A stretch of 64,000 bases of DNA from Camelus dromedarius (taxonomy: Eukaryota): assembly GCF_036321535.1 (NCBI RefSeq), contig NC_087447.1:46130001-46194000 (forward strand), read 5' to 3'. The position numbers and the translations under genes are program-made. Below are positions 35,372 to 48,699 of the stretch, piece after piece (positions within the stretch are counted from its first letter, which is position 1; every line of letters starts with the position of its first letter). The notes under the pieces are model-generated. The model searched no databases and was not told the origin of the DNA. It saw only the letters and a program-made list of their open reading frames with translations.

Positions 35372-38050
35372 AATTTTCAAATTCCCAATTTATCCCTTCC
35401 CACCCCTCTTACCCTCTGTTAGCCGTAAGTTTGTTCTCTATATCTGTGAGTATGTTTCTGTTTTGCAGACAAGTTCATTTGTGTCCTTTTATTATATTCC
35501 ACATATAAATGATATCCTATGGCATTTTTCTTTATCTTTCTACTTCACTTAGAATTATCATCTCCAGGTCCATCCATGTTGCTGCTGCAAATGGCATTAT
35601 ATTATTCTTTTTAATGGCCAAGTAGTATTCCAATGTATGTATACACCACAACTTCTTTTTCCAGTTATCTACCAGTGGACATTTAGGTTGTTTCCATGTC
35701 TGGGCTATTGTAAATAGTGCTGCTATGAACATTGGGTGCATGTATCTTTTCAAATTAGAGTTCCCTCTGGCTATATGCCCAGGAGTGGGATTGCTCCATC
35801 ATAGGGTAAGTCTATTTTTAGTTTTTTAAGGAACCTCCATACTGTTTTTCATAATGGGTGCACCAAATTATATTCTCACCAACAGTGTAGAAGGGTTCCG
35901 TTTTCTCCTCACCCTCTCCAGCATTTATTATTTGTGGACTTTTTAATGATGGCCATTCTGACTGGTATGAGGTGATACCTCATTGCAGTTTTGATTTGCA
36001 TTTCTCTAATAATTAGTAATGTTGAGCATCTTTTCATGTGCTTGTTGGCCATCTGGATGTCTTCTTGGAGAGATGTCTATTTAGGTCTTCTGCTCATTTT
36101 TTGATTGGGTTGCTTTTTTTTTTTTGATATTAAGATGTATGAGCTGTTTGTATATTTTGGAATTTAGTCCCTTGTCGGTCACATCATTTGCAAATATTCT
36201 CTTCCATTCTGTAGGTTGTCTTTTCATTTTGTTGATGGTATCCTTGACTTTGCAAAAGCTGTTAAGTTTAATTGGATCTCATTTGTTTATTTTTGGTTTT
36301 ATCTCTATTACCTTGGTAGACTGCACTAGGAAAACATCACTACAATTTATATCAGAAAATGTTTTGCCTAAGTTCTCCGCTACAAGGTTTATGATGTCTG
36401 CTCTTATGTTTAATACTTTAAGGTATTTTGAGGATTTTTGTGTGTGTGGTGTGAGGGTGTGTTCTAATTTCGTTGATTTACATGCAGCTGTCCAGCTTTC
36501 CAAACACCACTTGTTGAAGACACTGTTTTTTCTCCATTGTATATTCTTGCCTCCTTTGTCAAAGATTATTTGACCATATGTGTGTGGGTTTATTTCTGGG
36601 CTATTCTGTTTCATTGATCCGTATGTCTGTTTTGTGCCAGTACCATGCTGTTTTGAATACTGTAGCCCTGCAGTATTGCCTGGCATTTATAAGAGGTGTT
36701 CCTCCACCTTCATTCTTTTTCTTCAGTATTTCTTTGGCACATCTGGGTCTTCTGTGATTCCATATAAATATTTGGATGGATTATTCTAATTCTGTGAAAA
36801 ATATCCTGGGTAATTTGAAAGGGCTCACATTAAAACTGTAGATTGTTTTGGGCAGTGTGGTCATTTTAACAGTTTTAATTCTTCCAATCCAAGAGCATGG
36901 GATTATCTTTGCATTTCTTTAAATCATCTTTAATTTTCCTTATCAGTGTTTTATAATTTTCTGCATATGTATCTTTCACCTCCTTGTTCAGGTTTATTCC
37001 TAAGTTTTTTTTTAATGTGATTTTAAAAGCAATTTTTTTTTCTTTTCTGACATTTCTTTGTTAGTGTGAAGAAATGCAACTGATTTCTGTATGTTAATCT
37101 TGTATCCTACTATTGCCAAATTCTTTTATCAGGTCTAATGGTTTTTCTGTGAAGCCTTTAAAGTTTTCTATATATAGCAATATGTCATCAGCATATAGTG
37201 ACAGTTTTACATCTTCTCCTCCAATTTGCATTCCTTTTACTTCTTTTTCTTATCTGATTGCTATGACTAGGACTTCCAATCCTATGTTGAATAGAAGTGG
37301 TGAGAATGGGCATTCTTGTCTTGTTCCTGATTTTAGTGGGAAGGCTTTCAACTTTTCACCATTGAGTATTATGTTGGCTATGGGTTTATTATAAATAGCT
37401 TTTATTGTGTTGAGATATTTTCTCTCTATATCCACTTTGGTAAGAGTTTTTATTATAAATGGGTGTTGAATTTTATCAAATGCTTTTTCTGCATCAATTG
37501 AAATGATTGTATGATTTTTGTCCTTTCTTTTGTTGATGTAGTGTAGCATATTGATTGATTTGCATATTTTGAACCAACCTTGTGTCTCTAGGATGAACCC
37601 AGATTGATCATAGTGTATGATCTTTTTTATGTGTTGTTGGATTCTGTTTGCTAATATTTTGTTGAGAATTTTTGCATCTACATTCCTCAAAGATATTGGT
37701 TTGTAATTTTCTTTTTTGGTAGTGTCTTTGTCTGGTTTCGGTATCAGGGTGATGGTGACTTCATAGGATGAGTTTGGGAGTGTCCCTTCCTCTTCAGTTT
37801 TTTGGAAGAGTTTGAGAAGGATTGGCATAAGTTCTTCTTTGTATGTTGTGTAGAATTCTCCTGGGAAGCCATCTGGTCTGGAACATTTCTTTACAAGGAA
37901 GTTCTTTTTATTATTGATTCTATTTCACTTCTAGTGATTGGTCTGTTTAAATTATCTCTTTCTTTTTTATTCAGTTTTGGTGGACTGCATGTTTCTAGAA
38001 ACTTGTCCATTTCTTCTAGGTTTTCAATTTGTTGCCATATAATTGTTTAT
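35372..38050 (-). mobile_element. L1 ORF2 (RT and C-terminal region) plus partial 3' UTR, disrupted
   Basis: ORF 37250-37828 '[36 protein letters not shown]...[14 protein letters not shown]...[15 protein letters not shown]' is L1 RT. Confidence 0.95.
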
Positions 38051-38219
38051 AGTGAGAGTAGTATTTTAAAAACAAGTTAGAGCCCCAGGTATGTTCATTG
38101 CTATTTTTGTTTCACTGATTCATTTATCAGAGTCAAGGAGAACAAAAGCTCTTTTATTCTCTCCCTGAATCATTACTTCATACTGATAGCTCTCTAATTC
38201 CAATGCAAAATCACAGGGT

Positions 38220-39940
38220 TGGCATTTGGTAAAATTCAAGATCCACTCAGAATAAAAATTCTCAGCAACTATGAATAGAGGTGAGCTTCCTTAACCTGAT
38301 AAATAGCACCCCTGTAAAATCAACCAGTAACATTGTATTCAAATGTGAAATTAAACACTTTCCTAAAATCAGGAACAAGGCAAGGATACCTACTCTCACT
38401 ACCTTTATTTAGTATTATTTTAGAGGCCATAACCATTACAATAATGGAATAAAAACAAAAAAAGGTATTCAAGTTGTTAAAAAAGAAATATAATTGTATT
38501 TATTTGCAGATGACATTAAAAAGTATGTAGTGAATCCTAAGGAATCTACATAATAACCACCAGAACTAATACTTGAATTTATCCATGTCACAGAATATAA
38601 TATAAATAAATTATATTCTTATATATAAGCATCAAGTAATCAGAAAATAAAATTAAGAATTATTTCATTTGCTATAGAATCAATGCCTCCATTAAATGTC
38701 TAAGAACGAGTTTATTTAACAAAAGAAATTCAGGGGATTCATACAGATAGCTACAAAATGTCACTGAAAAAAATTAAAGCAGACCTAAGTAAGAGACGAG
38801 ATGCTTCATGTTCAGGGACTGGAAGACTCAATATTATTAAGATTCCAGCTCTACCTAAAATGATCTATATATTCAGTGCAACCTCAATTGTATTTCTAGC
38901 GGTGTTTTTAGAAAGAGATTTATAAATTGATTTTAAAGTTTATACAGAAATGCAAAAAACCTAGAATATCTAAAGCAAACTGGAAAAGAAGAACAAAGTT
39001 AAAAAACTTACTCCACCAGAAATAAGTATTTACTATAAAGCTTCAGTAGTGTGGTACTAGCATAAAAAATAGACAAATACATTAATGAGATAGAATAGAA
39101 TAGAAATCCCAGAAATGGAGACTGACTTACAGGGACATTTGGTTTTTCAACATAGTTGCCAAAACAATTCAATGAGTAATGGAAAGTCCAATTAAAAAAT
39201 GATTCCAGGAAAACTGTATATCCATATGGAGACAAATATATCTCTACTCTTAACTCACACTATTCATAAAAATGAATTCAAGAATGACCGTAAAGCTTTT
39301 AGAAGGAAATAGAATATTTCTGTGACATGAGGGTAGTGAAAGATTTCTTATCAGATCACAAAAGGAATAAACAAAACACATTTGTAAGTTAGATTCCATT
39401 AAAATAAAAGCTTCTCTCATCAAAACATATATTAAAGAAGAAAAAGTTAAAAAGTAAAAAAAAAAAAATGTTAAAAAAAGTAAAAAAGGCAAGCCTCAGG
39501 CCAAGAGAATATATTTATTGAATATGTATCTGACAAAAGACTTGTATCCAGGATATCTGAAACCTACAACACAATTATAAAGAGACAAAAACACACTAAA
39601 TATGGGCAAACCATTAGAAAAGACACATCACTAAAGACTTGCAAATGGACAATAAGTAATCAATATTTATTGATCATTAAAGAAATGCAAATTAAAACAT
39701 CAGTGAGATACCATTAGCCTCCTACTGCAATTGCTAAAACTATAAAGACAAATAACAAACACTGGGGAGGATGTGGAGCAGACAGAATTCTCATACCACG
39801 CTAGTGAGAGTATATAGCCACTTTGAGAGAAGTTTTGGCAGTTTCTTATGAAATTAAACTTATACTTTCTGTATGACGAAGCAATTCCAATCCCAGGTAT
39901 TTTCCCAAAAGAAATTAAAACATATATCCATACAAAGTAT
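38220..39940 (+). mobile_element. Older degenerate L1 ORF2 fragment
   Basis: 'gcatttggtaaaattcaa', 'ggaacaaggcaaggat', 'tatttgcagatgacat', 'ggaagactcaatatt', 'gaaatgcaaattaaaac'. Confidence 0.85.
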
Positions 39941-39950
39941 CTTTGGCCTC

Positions 39951-39992
39951 TGTATTAGTCAGCATTCTCCAGGAAAATAGAACAAATAGGGT

Positions 39993-40070
<78 letters not shown>

Positions 40071-40382
40071 ATCTACTTTAAAGAATTGGCTCACTGATTT
40101 GTGGAGATTGGCAAGTCCAGAACCTGCAAGGTAGACTTCAGGCTGGTGACCCAGGGAAGAGTTGATGTTGCAGCTCCCGTCTTCCTCTTCTTTGGGGAAT
40201 TCTCTTAAGGCCTTCAACTGAGTAGATGAGGCCCACTCACGTTGTGAAGAGTAAACTACTTTGCTCAAAGAGTCTGATTTAAAGGTTAATCTCTTCTAGA
40301 AAGTAGTTTCACAGCAACATTTGACCAATTACCTGGGTCCCCTGGCCTAGGCAATTGGACTAGTAGATAGTATTAACCATCA
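39951..40382 (-). mobile_element. MLT2 (ERVL) solo LTR, 5-bp TSD GCCTC
   Basis: TGTATTAGTC...TTAACCATCA termini; GCCTC at 39946-39950 and 40383-40387. Confidence 0.85.
39991..40068. repeat. (GT)n microsatellite inside MLT2
   Basis: About 38 GT units, one interruption. Confidence 0.95.
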
Positions 40383-41159
40383 GCCTCCATCAGTAAGGAT
40401 GGATATTTTTCTACAATGAAAGTACAACTCATTAACAACAACAACAATAACAACAATAAACAAGTAAACATTTTTATCCAGCTCCTTTCTAAGTGGGAGG
40501 AGAGTTCTGAATCAGCTTCTAATATCATTTTGACTAGACTTCTGTGGTTTTATCATCATACACAGACACAAAAGTGCTTCTTAGACATAAAGCTGCTTCT
40601 CCTTTACAAATATGTGTGTACTAGTCCCTTGGACTAACTAAATAAAAATTAAAATTTAGGAACACAGTAAAAAGGAGGAGACCATTTTATCGGCAAGAGG
40701 AACTTTACTGAAGTAGGTTTCAGTGTAGGTTATTTGGTAGCCAAAGGAGAGGATAGTACAGAATGTTCTTCATAGTTGATCTTGGCTCACATACATAGTG
40801 TAAATAGATTTAGAAAAGACATTAAAGTCTTATTACCTAAATGTTTAAAATATCATTATTATGAATCCCATAGTTTAAATGACTTTAAACATATGGCATA
40901 TATTTAATTTCACGTTTATCTAAACTTTGAAGGAATATATTATACTCAGATTAAAAATAATTTATGTTAATTTCAAATTACTTGTGCTGGCTGAAAATAG
41001 AATTAATATTTGCTGATTCCCATTCAAATGGAAACAGATATATTTGTGCTGTAATACAAACAATTTATTAATTGGCAAAAGCACATGTGCCCACCTGTCC
41101 AGGAATGATGTTGTGGGGAACAGAGTTGTATGGGCAGGGTTGGAAAGCCATAATGATGT

Positions 41160-41353
41160 GACCCAATTATATAGGTCAGAGAGGGTGTTGCTGAAAAGAC
41201 AGCTCTATGTCTGCACTCCCTGGGGTAACAGTTGTCCCTGAGGGCTTCAGGCAAAGGCACAAAATCTCAGATCCCTGGTCCCCATCACTCTTAAAGTCTT
41301 ATTGCAACTAATTCCATTTTAGCTCATGAGAACGCCATATGAAACAAGTGAGT
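41160..41353 (+). promoter_or_regulatory. Candidate OR promoter and 5' non-coding exon for the OR at 42928
   Basis: O/E (EBF)-like TCCCTGGGG 41217-41225 and TCCCTGAGG 41235-41243; homeodomain-like CAATTA and CTAATT nearby; donor GTGAGT at 41348; strong acceptor ending at 42898. Confidence 0.4.
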
Positions 41354-41487
41354 GCAATTGTGTTTCTGTGGGGTGAAATTGCAGCGGGGAAGACTTACTC
41401 CTGACTAGATGTGATGGGGCCTAACACAGGCTGAAAATATTAGGAACTTTCTTTGGTGTGAAAGAGGCCCAATTGGAAAGAATAGAG

Positions 41488-41723
41488 CAGTTGTGTGCTG
41501 GAGCCATTTACAGATTCACAAAATATGAGATTGTGCAACTATGCATATTTCTTTCAGATTCCACACCCAGTGATATCATGTTAGTAGCTTGAAATAGGCC
41601 ATGGTGGGGGTATATACAGCATAGAAATTGGCAAACACTATGAAACAGGCTTTGTTTTATTTTATTTTATTTATTTGTATGTACGTATCTTTGTGTGTAT
41701 GTTATGTATATACACACACACAT

Positions 41724-41764
<41 letters not shown>

Positions 41765-41812
41765 ATATATAATATATATATATTGCTGAGCCAGTTTACC
41801 AGCACAGCACTG
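41488..41812. mobile_element. MER63-like hAT MITE containing a (TG)n/(TA)n microsatellite
   Basis: TIRs CAGTTGTGTGCTGG / CCAGCACAGCACTG; degenerate 8-bp TSD GAATAGAG / GATCAGAG. Confidence 0.7.
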
Positions 41813-42927
41813 GATCAGAGTCACAATTATGGAATGTTCCAGTAGAATAGAGAATTTGATAATGGAAGGGAGAGGGAGGGAGAAGTGGATGTGAAGAACT
41901 CTTTACCTCTTATTGTGCCATAGAGCACTAAGTACTTACAGGTAAAGTTCTACATTGGTCCCAAATCCTGACTACTGTAAACTTTTAAGGTATTTATTTA
42001 GGGGCTTATTCATTACTTCCTTGCCCTGATGTATCATCCACTGATGCAATAGTTGTTATTTGTTACTGGATTATTTTGTTAGGCAGTTTGAGGACTAAAC
42101 ACTATGTCTCAGTGTGCTAGGTTCTAGAAATGCACAAAGGAAAAAGATATCACACAAACCACAGAAAGTTCACAATCAATTGGGGAAATCATAGACAGCT
42201 AATCAGACATGCTCCTATTCATGAGATAGGTACTCTGATATTAGACTTCCTGTGAAAGCAAGGAAAAGAGTAGCTGAAGGGGAGATGTATCATGCAGGTG
42301 GTGAGAAGCACCCCGAATAGGGATAATTCTCTTAGCAGAACAAAGCAGGAAGATTGAGATGACTTCCTCAGGATGCTGAAGGCATCTGGATCAAAACTGT
42401 GAAAATCTTCATGAGGCACTTGAGAAGTTCCTTATCATTACGTTGGATTAGACGAGCAACCATTCTAGTACATGCAAGTTTACCTGTGAACCAGACCTTA
42501 GTTCCTGAGCTCCTTAGCTCTATTCTGTGCCTCCATAAGAAAAACTCTCTGTGCCACTCCTGCCTATTGGGATATCACACTACCTTCAAGAGTTACTTGG
42601 GGTATGTGCTTGTTCTTTAAAACTTCACAAATACAGAAAGCATTACATCTCTTGTGTTACTGTGTTTTATTTTGTACAACTAAGATAGTAACTTAATTTT
42701 ACTTTCTTTAGTTGTGCATGTCTATATTGTTTTTTCTGATTAAGATCTCATTTAGAGAACAAACTTCATCTTTTATATATAACATAGCTCACAGCACCTT
42801 CTGAACTGAATGTGATCAAGAAGGTGCCAAAGTGCTAATGATATCAAAGAAAATCTTTGAATGTGATCTGCATTTTTTTTTTCTGTCTCTGCACATAGAT
42901 GGTGGATTCCTAGTGGTTTTATCAGAC

Positions 42928-43872
42928 ATGGCTGCCTTAAACCACACTGGTGTTAGCCACACAGTCTTCCACTTACTGGGCATCCCTGGTCTAGAGGATC
43001 AGCATATGTGGATTTCCATCCCATTCTTCATTTCCTATACCATCGCCCTGCTTGGGAACAGTCTGCTCATCTGCATTATCCTCACGAAGCGCAGCCTCCG
43101 TGAGCCCATGTACCTCTTCCTCTGCATGCTGGCCGGAGCAGACCTTGTCGTCTCCACATGCACAGTACCTCAGACCCTGGCCATCTTCTGGCTCCGTGCT
43201 GGGGAGATCTCTCTTGATCGTTGCATCACTCAGGTATTCTTCCTCTCCTCCACCTTCATCTCTGAGTCAGGGATCTTGCTGGTGATGGCGTTTGACCGCT
43301 GCATTGCCATATGCTACCCACTGAGATACACCACTATTCTTACACATGCACTGATCAGGAAAATTGGTGTGACTATCTTTTTGAGAAGTTATAGTACAAT
43401 TTTGCCCATAGTATTTCTTCTGAAGAGACTAAATTTCTGCCGGAGTAACATCCTCCCAAACACGGCTTGTAAGCACATTGTCTTGGCCCATGTTTCCTGT
43501 GATGATATACGCGTAAACATTTGGTATGGTTTTTTTGTCCTAATGTCAACTTTGGTCATAGATGTTGTACTAATTTTTATTTCTTATGTGCTGATTCTCC
43601 ATGCTGTCTTCTGCATTCCAACCCGAGATGCTCGCCACAAAGCTCTCAATACATGTGGTGCCCATATCTGTGTCATCATCCTTTTCTATGCACCTGGCAT
43701 CTTTTCAGTCCTCACTCAGAGATTTGGACATAACATCTCACCCCATATCCATGTCCTGCTGGCCATTGTCTATATTCTGGCTCCACCTATGCTGAATCCC
43801 ATAATTTATGGGGTCAAGACCAAACAGATCAGGGACCAGGTGGTTCGTGTGTTCTTTAGAAAGCAGAAATAA
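42928..43872 (+). CDS. OR52B4: OR52B4-like olfactory receptor, intact ORF, 314 aa
   Basis: MAALNHTGVSHTVFHLLGIPGLEDQHMW...; GN, PMY, MAFDRC, KALNTCGAH and PMLNPIIYG motifs; exact ortholog within OR52B uncertain. Confidence 0.88.
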   Translation: MAALNHTGVSHTVFHLLGIPGLEDQHMWISIPFFISYTIALLGNSLLICIILTKRSLREPMYLFLCMLAGADLVVSTCTVPQTLAIFWLRAGEISLDRCITQVFFLSSTFISESGILLVMAFDRCIAICYPLRYTTILTHALIRKIGVTIFLRSYSTILPIVFLLKRLNFCRSNILPNTACKHIVLAHVSCDDIRVNIWYGFFVLMSTLVIDVVLIFISYVLILHAVFCIPTRDARHKALNTCGAHICVIILFYAPGIFSVLTQRFGHNISPHIHVLLAIVYILAPPMLNPIIYGVKTKQIRDQVVRVFFRKQK

Positions 43873-45993
43873 ATGTGATGGTGGAAACTAACATTGTACT
43901 TTCTCAGTAATTCTCTCTGTGAGCTTTAGCACCAGTCTGCTATTCAGTTTTTTTTCTTGATCACTGATTCTAAAGTTTTTCTTCTTTTTATGTCTAGTAC
44001 TTTATAGTTTTATACTTACTATGCTAATAAAAAATCTGTAGAGGCTACGGACAGTGTTATCCTCTCTCAGAAGTGTTTGTTTTTTCTATCTTCTGTTACT
44101 CAGTTAAGGTGAGCAGCTGTTCACTTCACTCCAGTGAAGCTTTGGCCTGAGTCAAGGCCAGGTTTCAGTTTTAGTCACACTCAGTCTTTGTCTTCTATGC
44201 TCTTATTTCTAGGACAGAAGTATTCAGAGATTTAAACTAAGATCCTGAAAGACCCTTTTCTCCTCAGTCTTAGAAACTGCGGAAGATTCAGTTCTTCCTA
44301 TGAGAGATATCTTAACTTGGCCTCTTAGACTCAACTCTGCAGCTTCAGAAGATGAAAAATGACAGAAATGAGAGGTTAGAATATAGTTTAGTCAGCCCTC
44401 TCACACTGGTTGGTTTTTCTGTCTCAGGAGTCACAGGAATTCAGGAGATGTCTTACTGCCTTTTAGATCTCTTGGTTTAGCTCCCAGTACCTATGCAGCC
44501 ACGATACTCAGCCGATGTCCCGTAGTTAAAAACAGCTATGCATTTGAGGCCTCCAAGTTTTGAAATTTTTACTGCAGTGCTGTATGGCTGCTAAAAGCTC
44601 TGCTGGCTTCTCTTTCCCCCAGGAGAAACTCCCTTCCCGGGACAAGATTGATCCTTAGCCCACGTCCAGAATCACCAAATATCTGCTGGGGCAAGAAGTG
44701 GTTGGCAGCTTTCTTTTGGATGGTTCTCCGGGCTCTTGAAGTTTTATTTATCTTGTGTCTGTTACTTTCCTAGCTCTCTGATGGCTTAATAAATGATTTT
44801 TGCAATTTATTTATTTTTTTCTATTTGCCACAATGGAAACATTATCATGTTGTGTCCTAGTATATCATACTCAAAATAAAAATTTCAGAGACTAATTAAC
44901 GCTTGCCTTGAGAGCATAAAAGTAACAAACCAATAACATTTTGACTGAAGAGAACAAATTTGTATGTCCTTGGGTCAATAAGATCTATTATTTCTACACT
45001 TTTCCTCTGAATACAAAAAAAAAAAATGTCAGAAGCCTTTTTCATTATTCTTGGAGATTCATTTAATTTTGAATTTTAAAGATTTCCCCACTTGTGTTCA
45101 TCTATATAATGCAAAATGGGGTCTTTTTTTTTTTTTTTTGAATCCTACCTGAATTAATATATACAAAATAAAGGGACCAGCTTACCTTGGTGTTTTTAAA
45201 GATTATGCTCCCGAACCTAATAAATGTTGACTCAGCTTTCTGTTTTTCTCTTGTGGTACATAATTCCCATTATACCAACAAGACAGAAGCATTACTTAGT
45301 TTCCTAATTATCTTGTATAGTGTGCTTCTGACAGCTGCACTTTTTCTCCCAAAACACAATCATAATTTTTAAGAATATCAGGAATTTCCAAATTCTTTTC
45401 ACTCCACCAGTTCAGTCACAGTGAATCCAGTCATTCCTGTGATATTTGCTAACTCCCTGCAACTGCAACCAGTTATTCAGTGCTTCTCCTGAAGGGACCG
45501 TGGTGGCATATCACCCTCCACTCTGCATTGCACAGCCTTGTTACATGGGCAGTAATGGTGCAATTTGTGTGTTTAAGTTGTCCATGGTCATTTTTATCTC
45601 TTTATTTCTTTCAGCCTTTACATGGCATTTGAAAATGGCTCACAGTTCTGACCCTGAACTGTCTACTCTGCTTCCATGGCATCAATTTCCACCTACACCT
45701 GCCCAGTGATTTTCTAAATCTTCAAATTTTACACTTTGCATTTGGACCTACCATACTGGGCTCCTTTTTATAAAGATCACCTATTTTATCTCCTTCCTCA
45801 GCTCCACAACTACCTTGCTGCAACCCTTTCTTTCCTTTTAACTCTTCAATCTCATTATAGGTTTAGGCCCTTTGAACTTTCTTTTTCCTGTGCCCAAAAT
45901 GCCCTTTCTGCCTGTTTTTTCTGTAGCTTTCTATTTATATAAGTCTCGGCCAAATATTTTCTTCTCAGTGAAAACTTCTCTAACCATCCAATG

Positions 45994-47450
45994 TTTTTTA
46001 TTGAAGTATAATCGGTTTACAATGTTGTGTTAATTGCTGGTGTCAGCATAGTGATTCAATTATACACATGCATATATGTATTCCTTTTCATATTCTTTTT
46101 CATTATAAGCTATGACAAGGTTATTTTTTTTTAAGATTATCCAAATGAATTTATTTAACTTCATAAGAGCATATTTTCTGTCTAAGACCAAACAGTGATT
46201 TTCATTTCATTGTGCTAAAAATATATTTCAATATACTGTCATTTTTCCTCACTCCTTATCAACAACTGCAGATGGTGACAGTCCTCTTGTAAGTACTTTC
46301 CAAAGAGAGATACTGGGTCAGTCTTTTCTGCAATATATTCTTTGTAGATAGGTATTTTTATTATCCTGCTGTATATTCCATTTTCCTGGTATACGCAATT
46401 GGTGTGTATATTGGCAGAACTTTTGGCCATCACTTGAATCATAACTTTAGTTCAAGTTGCCTTTTCTTTCTTTTTTTAACATTTTTTATTGATTTATAAT
46501 CACTTTACAATGTTGTGTCAAATTCAGTGTTCAGCACAATTTTTCAGTCATACATGGACATATACACACTCATTGTCACATTTTTTTCTCTGTTAGTTAC
46601 CATAACGTTTTGTGTAAATTTCCCTGTGCTATACAGTATAATCTTGTTTATCTATTCAACAATTTTGAAATCCCAGTCTATCCCTTCCCACCCTCCGCCC
46701 CCCGGCAACCACAAGTCTGTATTCTCTGTCTATGAGTCTATTTCTGTCCTGTATTTATGCTTTGTTTTTGTTTGTTTGTTTGTTTTTTAGATTCCATGTA
46801 TGAGCGATCTCATATGGTATTTTTCTTTCTCTTTCTGGCTTACTTCGCTTAGAATGACATTCTCCAGGAGCATCCATGTTGCTGCAAATGGCGTTATGTT
46901 GTCAGTTTTTATGGCTGAGTAGTATTCCATTGTATAAATATACCACATCTTCTTTATCCAGTCACCTGTTGATGGACATTTAGGCTGTTTCCATGTTTTG
47001 GCTATTGTAAATAGTGCTGCTATTGACAAGGTTATTGAATACAGTTCCCTGTGCCATACAGTAGGGCCTTGTTTATCTATTTTATATGTATATAGTAATT
47101 AGTATCTGCAAACCCTGAACTCCCAACTTATCCCTCCACCCCCCACCCTGATTCCCCCAGGTAACCATGTCTGAGTTTGTTTTCTGTGTCGGAGTCCATT
47201 TCTGTTTTGTAAGTAAGTTCATTTGTGTCATTTTTTTAGATTCCGTATATGTGGTGATATACAGTATTTTCCTTTCTCTTTCTGGCTTACTTCACTTAGT
47301 ATGACCATCTCCAGGTCCATCTATGTTGCTGCAAATGGTAATATTTTATTCTTTTTATGGCTAAGCAGTATTCCTCTCTCTCTCTCACTATATATATATA
47401 TAATCTATATATAAACTATATATATATAATCTCACAACTTCTTTATCTAA
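45994..47450 (-). mobile_element. Older L1 3' end (45994-46125 and 47024-47450) split by a younger insertion
   Basis: Sequence continues across the insertion: 'cattataagctatgacaaggttatt|gaatacagttccctgtgc'. Confidence 0.85.
46126..47023 (-). mobile_element. Young 5'-truncated L1 with ~330-bp 3' transduction, 13-bp TSD TGACAAGGTTATT
   Basis: TSD at 46113-46125 and 47024-47036; L1 3' end 46478-47023; first A-tract 46462-46477; unique segment 46133-46461 with its own AATAAA (46150-46155) and second A-tract. Confidence 0.85.
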
Positions 47451-48699
47451 TCATTTCTCTGATCATCTAATTTTAATTGCATATACCTAAGTAGGAAATT
47501 ATAGATTTTCAAATCAAAATTCTTAAAGTAACTTCATCAAATGAGAACATGGACAGCTTAGCCAGCCATTCTCAACTCAGACAGCTGAATCCTAAAGCAA
47601 GATTCAAGAACTTATTTTGATCTTTTTTATAGATAACCCTTGCTTAGAGCTCAACAAAACACTTACTGATTTTTCCCAAAACCTGTTTATACCCTAAATC
47701 CTATAATAGCTCTGCATTTCCATTTGTTTGATAAGACACTCTACTGTGTTTCTGGTCTCCCTACTTGCAATGTGTCAAAAAACAAACAAACAAACAAAAA
47801 AACCCTGAATTTGTTGGACTACAAGCTTGTCCTTGAGGGTCATAGGCTGACAGGGCTGAGATGGTCTCATTAACCTCTAATACCCTGCCTTACTCAGGAT
47901 TGTACCCATGTTGAATTTTTTTGACAGCTAAGCATTGCTGAGGGCACTTGTGTACTTTTAGCTATTGGACGAAGGTAACCATTTTTGCAGAAATAAAAAC
48001 ATGTAAAAATTTCTGCTTGCTAAAAAATCTGTGATTTAAACTATAATTTAGTTCACACTGACATCTTAATTTAAGAAATTTCATTTAATTATTTTCAGTA
48101 GAGTTGAAAAACATAAATCACCCTAGTATTTATAACATGTATTTTCTTAATACTTCGTACACATTCAATCTGGCCAGAAGCATGTTAAATGTAAATAACA
48201 ATTTTTCAAGTTCCTATTCCATATTGAAAACAAAACAAAAGCATAAACAAAAGTTTATGTATAGTTATGTTTATGACAACTTCTTGATACTGGCAATCAT
48301 TTGAAAATAATTATTCAACAAGAATCTACTAGTTAACTAAAATATAAGTTTTTAAATATATTGTTTACATGAAGGTATATTAGGCAATAATCAAGTTTAC
48401 ATATGAAGTAATTTTATGTGAAAGGAAATGCATGTTATGTAACATCAAATTAAAATATGACATACAAGTATTACACAATATAGTAATATATAAAAATATG
48501 GTTAAATGACAAAATATTTTCTAATAGTTAACAGTTATGTTTTATAAGTACAATTATTTGTAATTATATCTATTGTGTTTTATTTTTAAAAGTCAATATT
48601 GGTGAAATAGTAAATATAAAAATTTTAAATCTAAAATAAATTGGAAAAAAAAAGGAATGGATTTACCTTAGAATCAGCTAAATCTTGAAGTTAAAAAGA

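Noticed and set aside
35372..39940. One L1 with a twin-priming 5' inversion
   Set aside because: The two arms overlap in ORF2 content (both contain the FDKIQHPF region) and differ strongly in decay, so they are independent insertions.
42832..42927. 32-aa N-terminal extension of the OR52B ORF
   Set aside because: Starts at GTG and crosses a polypyrimidine tract and splice acceptor (42898); the paralog-aligned start is ATG 42928.
46239..46442. 67-aa ORF in the transduced segment as a processed pseudogene
   Set aside because: No recognisable protein in any frame; the structure is fully explained by L1 3' transduction (blastx would settle it).
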